A stretch of 64,000 nt of DNA, from positions 32,001 to 96,000 of the forward strand of contig CBDFFH010000029.1 of the NCBI GenBank assembly GCA_965246715.1. Reading direction: 5' to 3'. A program made the translations under genes and the position numbers. The DNA comes from Chamaesiphon sp. Its GTDB lineage: Bacteria; Cyanobacteriota; Cyanobacteriia; Cyanobacteriales; Chamaesiphonaceae. The notes below the pieces were generated by a model that was given only the letters and a program-made list of their open reading frames with translations, was not told the DNA's origin and made no database searches. Positions 1 through 9,197 of the stretch are shown here, one piece after another (positions within the stretch are counted from its first letter, which is position 1; the number at the start of each line of letters is the position of its first letter).

Positions 1-2244
1 AGAAACATTCATCTTCATGATGCCAAATTTGACATTGAGATTGCCATGTTCGTCAACGGCGCTCAAGACTTCAGCTTTTTGCCCGATTTTCGGAATGCGG
101 ATGCGATCGCCAACTTTGGGATTGAAGCCTGGGGGCGGCTTGGGAGTCGATCGCGCGGACAATCGACGATTTGACACCGCATCCAGTTCTGAGGTAGCTT
201 GTTGGGCCGCTTGGGCAGTTTGTGGGCCTTGTTGAAGTTGCCGAATTACTTGGGCGATTTCGCCTTTGGCTTCGGCAATTGCGGCTTGAATCGCGCGTTC
301 TTGATTGGCTTTGAGTTCCTGTTCCCGCGCTTGTAATTCGGCGGCTTTTTGCGAAACTTCTAGATAAAATGCCTCTGCCTGTTTCAAGATTTTGGCAGCC
401 TCATTCGCCTTAGTTTCTTGGCTGCGCCGCTGCGCTTCCAGTCCAGCGATTACTTCATTGACTTCCTGAGTCGCCCCCAAAACCACCTGCGATTTGGCAT
501 TGTCGATCACTTCCGGATTCAACCCCAATCTCCCCGCGATCGACAGCGCATTCGATCGACCGGGAATGCCCCATAATAAGCGATAAGTCGGCGACAAACT
601 CACGTCGTCAAACTCCACCGAAGCATTTTCAAACCGGGAATCCTGATATTTGAGCGCTTTCAATTCCCCATAGTGAGTAGTCGCAATCGTCAACATCGCG
701 CGATCGGCTAAATACTGTAATAATGCGATCGCCAACGCACTCCCCTCCGCCGGATCGGTGCCTGCACCTACCTCGTCTAGGAGGACTAATGCGGCAGGGT
801 AATTGTGCTTAGGGGATTGAGGGGATTGTAAGTGGGTATCGTCAACCTGGAGGGTACCCACAAGGGGCACCCCTACGGATTCATCTACTCCGACATTAAT
901 CCCCTCCTGGGAGCGGTGCGCCACCGACGGGTTTCCCGTCGCACACGGCGCAACAAGACAGGGGGCAGGGGGTGGGTTCGTGTGCAAATTAGCACCATCA
1001 GCATTAATCGCCTCTAAAATCCGCCCAATCCGCCGAATATGCCCCGAAAAAGTTGACAGACTCTGCTGCAACGATTGCTCGTCCCCAATATCCGCCAAAA
1101 TCAAATCGAACCAGGGCACCTCAACTGGCTCCCGAGCGGGGATAAATAACCCCACCTTTGCCATCAAAGCGACGATCGCGAGTGTTTTGAGGGTGACCGT
1201 TTTACCGCCCGTATTTGGGCCGGTAATCGTGACTACACGCAGATCGGGACGGATCGACAGATCGATCGGAACTACTTCGGCACCTTGCTCGTGACGGTGT
1301 TTCCAGATCAGCAATGGGTGGCGGAGTTGGCGCATGGTGATATATTCACCAGCGGATCGATCGATCAGTCGGGGTGGATTGGCTTCCAACCATAGGCTAT
1401 ATCTAGCTCTAGCCGTCGCCAGATCGATCGTCGTTGCAACTGCCAGGAGATGTTCGAGATCCGCTTGGACTTCATTCACCTTATCCGTAAGCAGTTGCAG
1501 CACGATTTCGATTTCGCGTTGCTCTTGGCGTTGGAGTTGGCGAAATTGATTGCCCAGATTGATAATGTACTGTGGCTCGACATATAGCGTCGAGCCGCTG
1601 CCAGAAGTATCGTGGACTACTCCAGGAATCAAATCCTTATGCGAAGCTTTAACTGGGATAACGAAGCGATCGCCCCGTTGAGTAATTAATGGCTGATGGA
1701 TGGCATTGGATTGACGTTGGAGCAGATTGTTGAGAAATTGATAAATCCGATCGCGGAGTCCTTTAATTTTGACTCTAACTTCGGCTAATTTTTCACTCGA
1801 TCGATCTGTCACATCTCCACGATCGTCGATACAGTGATATATCTCCTGTTCTAGCTCGGGATAGGTGCGGACATCGGCAATTAATGACTGTAAAACGGGG
1901 ATATTTTCTGCACTATCGATCGTCCGCCGTAATTTTCGCATCCCTGCTAAAGTAGTCGCGATCTCGTGCAATTCTCGCCCAGACAGCATTCCATGTACCG
2001 AGGCGCGTTCGAGGGCATCGCCAAAATCTTCAATTCCATCGAACGACAACCCACCGATTAACTGGGTTTCTAACTGATAAATTTCTTTAGTCTGAGCGAG
2101 CAAATTGAGGCTGACACTAGGCTGCTGCGGAATGACTAAATGCCGTGCGGCGATCGCGCCTAACTTAGTCGCTGCAAATGTTGCCACCTGCTGGCACAAC
2201 CGCGACCACTCTAATAATTCTAATGTCTCTGCCTGGATCGCCAT
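1..2244 (-). CDS. mutS2: Endonuclease MutS2 (3' end beyond window start)
   Basis: Not in ORF track, consistent with no stop inside the window. Manual translation: MAIQAETLELLEWSRLCQQVATFAATKLG, Walker A ITGPNTGGKT, SLSTFSGH, Walker B LVLLDEVGAGTDP, ATTHYGELK. Confidence 0.95.
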   Translation of the reverse strand, partial: MAIQAETLELLEWSRLCQQVATFAATKLGAIAARHLVIPQQPSVSLNLLAQTKEIYQLETQLIGGLSFDGIEDFGDALERASVHGMLSGRELHEIATTLAGMRKLRRTIDSAENIPVLQSLIADVRTYPELEQEIYHCIDDRGDVTDRSSEKLAEVRVKIKGLRDRIYQFLNNLLQRQSNAIHQPLITQRGDRFVIPVKASHKDLIPGVVHDTSGSGSTLYVEPQYIINLGNQFRQLQRQEQREIEIVLQLLTDKVNEVQADLEHLLAVATTIDLATARARYSLWLEANPPRLIDRSAGEYITMRQLRHPLLIWKHRHEQGAEVVPIDLSIRPDLRVVTITGPNTGGKTVTLKTLAIVALMAKVGLFIPAREPVEVPWFDLILADIGDEQSLQQSLSTFSGHIRRIGRILEAINADGANLHTNPPPAPCLVAPCATGNPSVAHRSQEGINVGVDESVGVPLVGTLQVDDTHLQSPQSPKHNYPAALVLLDEVGAGTDPAEGSALAIALLQYLADRAMLTIATTHYGELKALKYQDSRFENASVEFDDVSLSPTYRLLWGIPGRSNALSIAGRLGLNPEVIDNAKSQVVLGATQEVNEVIAGLEAQRRSQETKANEAAKILKQAEAFYLEVSQKAAELQAREQELKANQERAIQAAIAEAKGEIAQVIRQLQQGPQTAQAAQQATSELDAVSNRRLSARSTPKPPPGFNPKVGDRIRIPKIGQKAEVLSAVDEHGNLNVKFGIMKMNVS
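852..876. repeat. GTAG-type REP-like palindrome inside mutS2
   Basis: GGGTACCCACAAGGGGCACCCCTAC; identical copies at 21086-21110 and 37332-37356 (inverted), interrupted copy at 37237-37319. Confidence 0.85.
913..960 (+). mobile_element. 48-bp structured mini-element (RCG...CAAGACA family), in-frame in mutS2
   Basis: GCG GTGCGCC AC CGACGGG TTT CCCGTCG CACAC GGCGCA A CAAGACA interrupting the host palindrome CCCCTCCTGGGA|GGGG. Confidence 0.75.
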
Positions 2245-2325
2245 TCTACACTCAATTTTGCACTTTCAATCATTATATGCTTTCGGTATTGGGTCATGGG
2301 TATCGGTCATTAGGGATACGAGTTC

Positions 2326-2886
2326 TTAGCCATTTGGATCGACCGCAGGCAGACGTTTGCGTCTGACTCTGACTGGACGTTGTTTCGGTGGTGTCTGGGC
2401 ATCCTCACCCCGTGCTGCGGCGGATTTATCGATATTGCCAGCTTTAACCCAGCCTTGAAGATTATCTGTTTCCGATCGAATCAACACCCATTGTTTGTCA
2501 GGACTGGTTTTAATAATTGCCACCTTCGCATTAAATGCCACTCCCCCAAGCTTTTCGGCACCAGGATCGGGAGCTTTCTTGAGCGATAATCCATCTTTCC
2601 AAACTACTTTGGCATCATAAGCTTCTGGTGGGAGCTTTTCAATAACATTTGGATCTTTAACAACTGGCGACTGGTTGGGTTTGACAGCGGCAACAGTTTT
2701 GGGCTTAACTGCGGCAATCGGTGATTTGTATCCTGGACGCTCTTCGGCAAATACTGGCTTTGGCGGATGAGTATTCATCTGGGTAACGAAGAAATAATAA
2801 CCCGCTCCACCCGCGATCGCACCCAATCCAACCAATCCCATGAGGACACCAATAAATAATTGTAGAGACTTTAATGCGGCATTCAT
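2326..2886 (-). CDS. Membrane-anchored bacterial SH3 domain protein
   Basis: N-terminal TM helix; C-terminal SH3b-like motif (WVLIRSETDNLQGWVKAGN). Confidence 0.8.
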   Translation of the reverse strand: MNAALKSLQLFIGVLMGLVGLGAIAGGAGYYFFVTQMNTHPPKPVFAEERPGYKSPIAAVKPKTVAAVKPNQSPVVKDPNVIEKLPPEAYDAKVVWKDGLSLKKAPDPGAEKLGGVAFNAKVAIIKTSPDKQWVLIRSETDNLQGWVKAGNIDKSAAARGEDAQTPPKQRPVRVRRKRLPAVDPNG

Positions 2887-3022
2887 AGATTAGGGAATAG
2901 GGGATAGGGGTTAGTGAACCTGATGGCGGCAAAAGAACCGGTAAAGATGCTCGGAGCGGCAGCGCTCACCTAACAAAATTAAGCCTAGCAATCGGTTGTA
3001 AATATAAGCGTAGATTTATCGA

Positions 3023-4519
3023 TTAACCTCTACCGACACCACCTTGTCTGGATGCTAGTCGGGCTTTGCCAGAGTTTGCCCAATCTTGAAGAAATTGAAT
3101 TTGGGCTTGGGCGGTGACGGCAAGCGGGATCATTTGACTTGCTGATTCTAGAATATCATCAGTAGTGAAATCGCGGTTTTGACTGAAGCCGATATGCATT
3201 GCTTCGATCAGAGTTTGCTCGATTTCAGCACCAGAAAAGTCCGGTGTTTCATATGCCAATCGATCGATATCATAATTTCCAAGATTATGGGGACGCAATT
3301 TAGTCAGATGGACGTTAAAAATTGCCCGCCGTTCTGCTCGCGTTGGTAATCCCACAAAAAAGATCTCGTCGAATCGACCTTTGCGTAACATTTCGGCGGG
3401 GAGCGAATCGATATTATTTGCTGTCGCAACGACAAACACGGGTGAAGTTTTTTCCGTCAGCCAGGTGATAAATGTCCCAAATACGCGACTGGATGTGCCT
3501 GCATCACCTTTCCCATCGACCCCAGCAAAAGCTTTATCGATTTCATCGATCCACAATACGCAGGGCGACAGCGCTTCGGCGAGTTGAATCATTTGTCTGG
3601 TTCGCGACTCCGATTCGCCTACCAATCCGCCAAATAGTCGTCCGACATCCAACCGCAACAGCGGTAAATACCAGTGATGCGAAATCGCCTTAGCAGTGAG
3701 CGATTTACCAGTCCCTTGAATTCCGACCAGGAGCAGCCCTCTCGGGTACGGGAGACCATATTGCCGCGCTCGATCGGAAAAAGACCCCCCACGGCGCAGT
3801 AACCAGTCTTTGAGATTATCTAAACCGCCGATATCGGTGATTTGTTCTTTGGCGGGATAGAAGTCGAGAATTTGGGTTTGACGGATGGTTTGGCGTTTTT
3901 CTTCAAGGACTAATTCGACATCTTCGGGACGAATTTCGCCATGAGTTGCGAGCGCGCGTGCTAATACCCGCCGAATGCGATCGAGTGATAAACCCTGACA
4001 AGCACGCACCAAGTCGTCTAAATTTTGGTTACTGAGATGATTGCCCGTAGCATTAATCAACCGCTCGATTTCGACTTTGATTTCGCTAGCGGTAGGGAGC
4101 GGAAATTCCAACACTACGATCGATTCGCTCAGATCGCTAGGAATGATAATCTGGGGCGAGAGGATGATGATATTTTTGGGTTCGGACTTGAGTTTGCGCG
4201 AGAGATTGCGAAGTTTTCTCGCCACGGAAATATCTTCCAGAAACCGATGGAAATCCCGCAGGATAAAAATTCCAGATACATCGGGACTGAGTTTATCAAT
4301 AAATTCTAAGGCTTGCAGCGGGTTGCGCCTTCCATAGCCGTTATCGTTGGGATTGCCCTGATAACCATCGACAAAATCCCAAATATAGATGGGGCGATTC
4401 CCTTGCTGCTTGGCAACACGTTCGATCGCATTTTCCACCCGCTCTTCTTCGGTGGTGGGAATGTAGATCAGGGGATATCGCGCCCGCAGGAGTAGTTCAA
4501 ATTCGGTACTAAAAGCCAT
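3023..4519 (-). CDS. ycf46: Ycf46-like AAA+ ATPase
   Basis: GIQGTGKS Walker A, LWIDEIDK Walker B, LRKGRFDEIFFV, N-terminus LLRARYPLIYI. Confidence 0.85.
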   Translation of the reverse strand: MAFSTEFELLLRARYPLIYIPTTEEERVENAIERVAKQQGNRPIYIWDFVDGYQGNPNDNGYGRRNPLQALEFIDKLSPDVSGIFILRDFHRFLEDISVARKLRNLSRKLKSEPKNIIILSPQIIIPSDLSESIVVLEFPLPTASEIKVEIERLINATGNHLSNQNLDDLVRACQGLSLDRIRRVLARALATHGEIRPEDVELVLEEKRQTIRQTQILDFYPAKEQITDIGGLDNLKDWLLRRGGSFSDRARQYGLPYPRGLLLVGIQGTGKSLTAKAISHHWYLPLLRLDVGRLFGGLVGESESRTRQMIQLAEALSPCVLWIDEIDKAFAGVDGKGDAGTSSRVFGTFITWLTEKTSPVFVVATANNIDSLPAEMLRKGRFDEIFFVGLPTRAERRAIFNVHLTKLRPHNLGNYDIDRLAYETPDFSGAEIEQTLIEAMHIGFSQNRDFTTDDILESASQMIPLAVTAQAQIQFLQDWANSGKARLASRQGGVGRG

Positions 4520-4590
4520 ATCTTAGATTATGACCTGCGGACTGGCAAATTACTAGTCGAAATGCTGGTAGTTGAAACCGCAGTTACAGA

Positions 4591-5009
4591 ACCTAAGTTG
4601 CTACTTAACCTCAGTTCGGGATAAGAAAAATTGATTTGCTCCGTTCTAGCACTGCCCTGAACTGGAAGTGTCTCGTTCCGAGAGGCTTCGCCAACGGGCT
4701 AATAGCTCAAGTTCTCTGAAGAGAACTACCAAATTTCTTAGTTCGTTAAAACGAACTTTTGCTATGAGCAACTAATGTATTTGATGGCGGTGCAGAAACG
4801 AAGCTAGCAATCATCGGGTAATCCTTATCCCGAACTCACGTTACTTAGAAATGCCTACGATTGAAATCGTGGCTAATGATGCAAAGTCCGCCTTCGCGGA
4901 CTGGTTTATTAGCCACGAAGGCGGGCTGTTGCCACGAGCGGCAACAGCCGGACTTTGCAACCTGATGAGTAGTTTCTAACCACTTTGGTTATAGGTTAGC
5001 AACTTAGCT
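4591..5009. mobile_element. Outer MITE-like element holding nested repeats
   Basis: Inverted ends ACCTAAGTTGCTA / TAGCAACTTAGCT (12/13 match); no clear target duplication; contains a type-B REP doublet and a type-A MITE. Confidence 0.5.
4608..4841. mobile_element. IS982-like MITE, type A
   Basis: Ends ACCTCAGTTCGGGATAAG / CTTATCCCGAACTCACGT; 6-bp duplication TACTTA (4602-4607, 4842-4847). Confidence 0.85.
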
Positions 5010-5040
5010 TACTTATCGGAAATTTATTTGTCTCGATCGA

Positions 5041-5751
5041 TTACGTAGGTTTAGTAAACACTAAAATATGCTGTTGTGGTAAATTGTCTTGAGTTTTTAC
5101 CCACTTTAACCCAACTGCTGCCATTTCCTTTTTTACCTGTTTTTGGGTCATTTTATGCAAACCTTTAATCGGGATGAATGGGTTTTCACCGCGATATTCT
5201 ACTAATACGATCCTGCCGCCTGGTTTTAAAGCTGTGACGATGTTGGTCATCATCTCGCGTGGATGATTAAACTCATGGTAGGCATCTACCATCAGCGCGA
5301 CATCGACGGTATTTGCCGGTAAATTAGGACTGGTTTCTGTACCGAGCACTGGCTCGACATTACTAATTTTTTTATCCTTCTTTAAAAAGCTAAGCATGTC
5401 AATCATTTCTGGTTGAATATCTACTGCTAGGACTCGTCCTTTCGGTACCAACCGCGCCATCCGAAAGCTAAAATATCCCGTTCCCGCACCAATATCCGCA
5501 ACGATGTCAGTCGGTTTGAGGTTGAGTGACTGAATTACTACCGTTGGTTTCTCTTCGACATCGCGCGTCGATCTCTCCAACCACATCGCTTCGGTATGCC
5601 CCATCACCTTGGCGATCTCTCGACCCATGTAGAATTTGCCAATCCCATCGGGACTCGCATTAGCAATCTGTGCGGTGAAACCGGGTGTAGAAATCCAGCA
5701 GACGATCGAACACGCACAAATTACCAGCCAGCGATTGAAGTGATTTAGCAT
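5041..5751 (-). CDS. Exported class I SAM-dependent methyltransferase
   Basis: VADIGAGTGYF motif I, AVDIQPEM, signal-like N-terminus. Confidence 0.85.
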   Translation of the reverse strand: MLNHFNRWLVICACSIVCWISTPGFTAQIANASPDGIGKFYMGREIAKVMGHTEAMWLERSTRDVEEKPTVVIQSLNLKPTDIVADIGAGTGYFSFRMARLVPKGRVLAVDIQPEMIDMLSFLKKDKKISNVEPVLGTETSPNLPANTVDVALMVDAYHEFNHPREMMTNIVTALKPGGRIVLVEYRGENPFIPIKGLHKMTQKQVKKEMAAVGLKWVKTQDNLPQQHILVFTKPT

Positions 5752-5833
5752 AGATACCAAAGGATGAATCCTGTTTATTTAAGCCTAACGCCTGAGGATG
5801 AATTAGGGCGCTAGAAAAAGATCGCTACGACAG

Positions 5834-5862
5834 TTGACAAGTAAAAGATAACAGTGCATAAT
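5834..5862 (+). promoter_or_regulatory. Sigma70-type promoter of tRNA-Asp
   Basis: TTGACA-17 bp-CATAAT, ending 18 bp before the tRNA. Confidence 0.7.
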
Positions 5863-5880
5863 GAGATCTGTTGAATAAAT

Positions 5881-5954
5881 GGGACTGTAGCTCAGTTGGT
5901 TAGAGCGCGCGCCTGTCACGCGCGAGGTCGCGGGTTCGAGCCCCGTCAGTCCCG
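5881..5954 (+). tRNA. trnD: tRNA-Asp (GTC)
   Basis: Acceptor stem GGGACTG/CAGTCCC, D arm, anticodon arm CGCGC-CTGTCAC-GCGCG, GGTTCGAG T loop; CCA not encoded. Confidence 0.97.
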
Positions 5955-5973
5955 TCCGAGTTAGTTGATATAT

Positions 5974-6609
5974 TTACCTGCCTACCTGTTGGGATAGAAT
6001 TTCTATCGCTTGAGGTAGGATTTGGTGTTCTTGGACTTGTACTCTGGCATGAAGGGTGTCAGCAGTATCGGCAGGTAAAACTGGTACGGCTGCTTGCACC
6101 AGGATCGGGCCGCGATCGACTTCTAAACTGACTAAATGTACCGTACAGCCAGTAATTTTGACACCAGCTTCGAGCGCTTGCTCGATCGCCCGAATCCCTG
6201 GAAAACTGGGCAACAGACTGGGGTGAATGTTGATAACACGATCGGGATAAGCATCGATCAGAACTTGGGTAATCACCCGCATCCACCCAGCCATCACCAC
6301 GCACTCGACTCGATACGCTTGGAATGTTTGCACGATCGCCAGATCGAGTTCTTCGCGACTAGTATAGGCTTGATGTTCGAGTAAGACGGTGGGAATGCCT
6401 CTACTTTGTGCGCGATCGATCGCTTTAATCCCTGGCTTATTATGAATGAGCACAGCAATTTTTGCGTTGAGCCGATTTCGATCGATCGCTTGGGCAACAG
6501 CTTCAAAGTTGCTACCACTACCCGATGCCATGATGCCGAGGATGAGTGGCGGATTAGCTGCGAGTGTGGGTGTGGGGAAAGGAGAGATGAGGCTGGCTGA
6601 ATCGGTCAT
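5974..6609 (-). CDS. purN: Phosphoribosylglycinamide formyltransferase
   Basis: MASGSGSNF, NIHPSLLPSFPG, GCTVHLV motifs. Confidence 0.97.
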   Translation of the reverse strand: MTDSASLISPFPTPTLAANPPLILGIMASGSGSNFEAVAQAIDRNRLNAKIAVLIHNKPGIKAIDRAQSRGIPTVLLEHQAYTSREELDLAIVQTFQAYRVECVVMAGWMRVITQVLIDAYPDRVINIHPSLLPSFPGIRAIEQALEAGVKITGCTVHLVSLEVDRGPILVQAAVPVLPADTADTLHARVQVQEHQILPQAIEILSQQVGR

Positions 6610-6611
6610 TC

Positions 6612-6643
6612 GATTTTGGATTTTGGATTTTGGATTTTGGATT
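6612..6643. repeat. Heptamer tandem repeat (GATTTTG)x4, STRR-like
   Basis: Read directly; shorter inverted run at 6910-6927 before the divergent gene. Confidence 0.85.
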
Positions 6644-6930
6644 GTCCCTATCGATATAAGGGTAGGGACTCGAAACGTTGTTACTGTCGATCGGCGGGAA
6701 GTCAGTGTCGAAGAGATCTGAATCTAGTCGATCGATCCTCTAACATAGTGTGTATGGGTTCAGTTTATCAATCGATAGCTGTTATCGATCGCGCCGATCT
6801 TCAACTAGCAACTCGCACATCGAAGCAGAAATTCAGACGCTTTATTTTGCAGCTATTTTTAGAGCGAGTCGTTTCGTTCCTGGCTCTATCTCTCCATCTA
6901 CCAAGCTTTAATCCAAAATCCAAAATTCAT

Positions 6931-8826
6931 ATGACTTCCGATGCTGGCGCTACGTCCATCCGCGAACGCTATCAACAGACGATCTCCGAAATTGTCGATC
7001 GCATCCTTACGGGGAAACAGGCGATCTCTAAAGAGTATATTTCGCAAGTTCTGCTCGAACAGATCGAGTTAGGGACGAGCGAGATTTTTGAGGGGTGTTT
7101 GAGCGAGCAGATCCAGCGGGTTACTGCTGCTATCGCCAGCGAAACCAGTGAAGTCAGGCAAGCCAAAATCGGGCATCAGCTCAAGGCGATGCAGTGGATT
7201 CAGGCGGCGCTGGTAGGATGGCAAGACGAACGCCAAGCTGTAGCCGTTGTCACCCAGACGCTCGATCGCATCGTCACTGCAAATCCTGACGAACGCCTGA
7301 ATATTCTCCTCCAAGCACTAGATCCCAATCAAGAGCGACGGCTATCAAATGCCCAGATTAAACTAATTATCCAATCGTTGCGGACATCAGCAAACAGCAA
7401 TTTACAGCCATCAGATTTCGAGCAACTCGCACAATTGGCTGGCGGACTCGATCGCGGCTTAACTGCCCTCCCAGCTTTAGAACCACATTTAGTCAGTTGG
7501 ATTTATGAAAACGGTCAACAAATCGGGTTTGGTGGGGTGACGGAGAATGGCCCCTGGACGCTGTGGGCGAGACAAATAGATCGACCGCTAATTAAGTCAT
7601 TATTTCAAACGATCGGTCGCCAACAGTCGATTTCCGATCTTGCAGCCGCAATCGGCAGTGGGGATGAAGGGGAATGGGCAGAATTGGCGATCGTGATGCA
7701 AAGTATCCAAATCGCGTTAGTGGCTTGGTTCGATCGGCAGATGTACGATCGCGTCTGGGGCGAACGGATGTCGTTTAGCTCTTTGATTACGTTTGCCGCG
7801 ATTTGGAGTGAATTGGCAAATGGGGTTGGACGAGCGACGGGGATAAGTAGCAGCCATCGGGAAGCGATTGCGAAAGCTTGTTTTCAAGTAACGCTGCAAA
7901 TCCTTCGGACTGCGGCGCAACGACCGAATTTCCCACTTTACGGCGGGATTTTTGCATCATTTTCTGGGGAAACGCTGCGCGATACTCTATCCTATTTCGA
8001 TCTCCCCCTCAAGCAGGTAGCGGGGACGCAAGAAAAAGGACGACTGTTGACTATTTTGGGTTATTCACAACAAGCTCTCGGGCAGATCGATCGCGCAATT
8101 GTTCTCCACCAAGAAGCCTTAGAAATTGCCAATCGCGCCGGAGATCGTCCGTGCGAAATTGCCAATCTCAACCATCTGAGTCGGATTGCGATCGGCCAAA
8201 AAGATTATCCACAGGCAATTAGTTACAGCCAACGCGCGCTCATTTCCGCCAGACAGACGGGCGATAAGTTAGGTGAGGCTAACGCCTTAATTAATGTCGG
8301 TTATGCCGAAGTTCTCGCCGCATATTCGATCGATCGATTGGATGAGGAGATCTACGAGCAAAATATCGGTTATCTCGATCGGGGTTTAAAACTTGCCGAA
8401 ACCCTCGAAGATAAACAAAGTTTAGCCCTGTGCTATCACAGTCTCGGACTCGCACATCTGACGCTCCAGCAACCCGAAAAAGCGATCGAATATCTCCAGC
8501 AAGGTACCAAAGCCGCCCAAGCTGTCGGCGATTTGTACTTACAGGGATTGAATCTCACGTATTTAGCCGAAGCACATCATACTATTAATAAAAACGAAAC
8601 TGCTGTTTTTTATAGCTGTCTGGCCATGTATCAATTACATCAGATCGGTGCGAGAGAATGGCGACAAGCTGCTAGTTTGGCAACGGTATTACAAGGACAA
8701 TTAGGCAAAGAAAAGTTTGCCGAATTATTAACTAAGTATCGCCCAAATTTATTACCGGCGATCGGGGTTGATGGTTATGATTATTTACCTAAATTAATCG
8801 CCAAGTATTTAGATGGGGGCGAGTAA
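6931..8826 (+). CDS. Tetratricopeptide repeat protein
   Basis: C-terminal TPR repeats (ALGQIDRAIVLHQEALEIA, etc.); ATG 6931 preferred because the longer ORF starts inside the heptamer repeat. Confidence 0.85.
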   Translation: MTSDAGATSIRERYQQTISEIVDRILTGKQAISKEYISQVLLEQIELGTSEIFEGCLSEQIQRVTAAIASETSEVRQAKIGHQLKAMQWIQAALVGWQDERQAVAVVTQTLDRIVTANPDERLNILLQALDPNQERRLSNAQIKLIIQSLRTSANSNLQPSDFEQLAQLAGGLDRGLTALPALEPHLVSWIYENGQQIGFGGVTENGPWTLWARQIDRPLIKSLFQTIGRQQSISDLAAAIGSGDEGEWAELAIVMQSIQIALVAWFDRQMYDRVWGERMSFSSLITFAAIWSELANGVGRATGISSSHREAIAKACFQVTLQILRTAAQRPNFPLYGGIFASFSGETLRDTLSYFDLPLKQVAGTQEKGRLLTILGYSQQALGQIDRAIVLHQEALEIANRAGDRPCEIANLNHLSRIAIGQKDYPQAISYSQRALISARQTGDKLGEANALINVGYAEVLAAYSIDRLDEEIYEQNIGYLDRGLKLAETLEDKQSLALCYHSLGLAHLTLQQPEKAIEYLQQGTKAAQAVGDLYLQGLNLTYLAEAHHTINKNETAVFYSCLAMYQLHQIGAREWRQAASLATVLQGQLGKEKFAELLTKYRPNLLPAIGVDGYDYLPKLIAKYLDGGE

Positions 8827-8912
8827 GGTATCGCCAGACTCATGACTTCTTGCACTCAAGTATACTGCGACTCGATCGGTTGCCAATGAGAGCCAAAACG
8901 CTTTACTCCCTA

Positions 8913-9125
8913 ACTTCAGTTTGAGGTAAGCAGAATTAATTTGCTTCGCTCGAGCACCGCCCTGAACTATAAGTTCGGGCTAACAGCGAAAGTTCGTTGA
9001 AACGAACTGACCAATTGCTTAGTTCGTTTCAACGAACTTCTGCTTTTAGCCCCAAATTCATTTGAGGGCGGCGATCGAGCGAAGCAAGAAGTCATCGCTC
9101 GGAAATCCTTATCCCAAAAGTATTG
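8913..9125. mobile_element. Degenerate IS982-like MITE, type A
   Basis: Internal CCCTGAACTATAAGTTCGGGCTAA and GTTCGTTGAAACGAAC hairpins as in 49131-49391; decayed ends. Confidence 0.75.
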
Positions 9126-9197
9126 GGAATTAAATCCGATTGCCACATAAAGACGGTCAGGTGTAGTATTATACTTAATCTCAAGGTTATTTTTCAG

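Noticed and set aside
5881..5954. tRNA-Asp as an integration site for an island or prophage
   Set aside because: No integrase and no duplicated tRNA 3' end seen; flanked by ordinary genes.
6616..6930. N-terminal extension of the TPR ORF
   Set aside because: Begins in a heptamer repeat (DFGFWILD pattern) and spans the divergent promoter region; ATG 6931 is more plausible.
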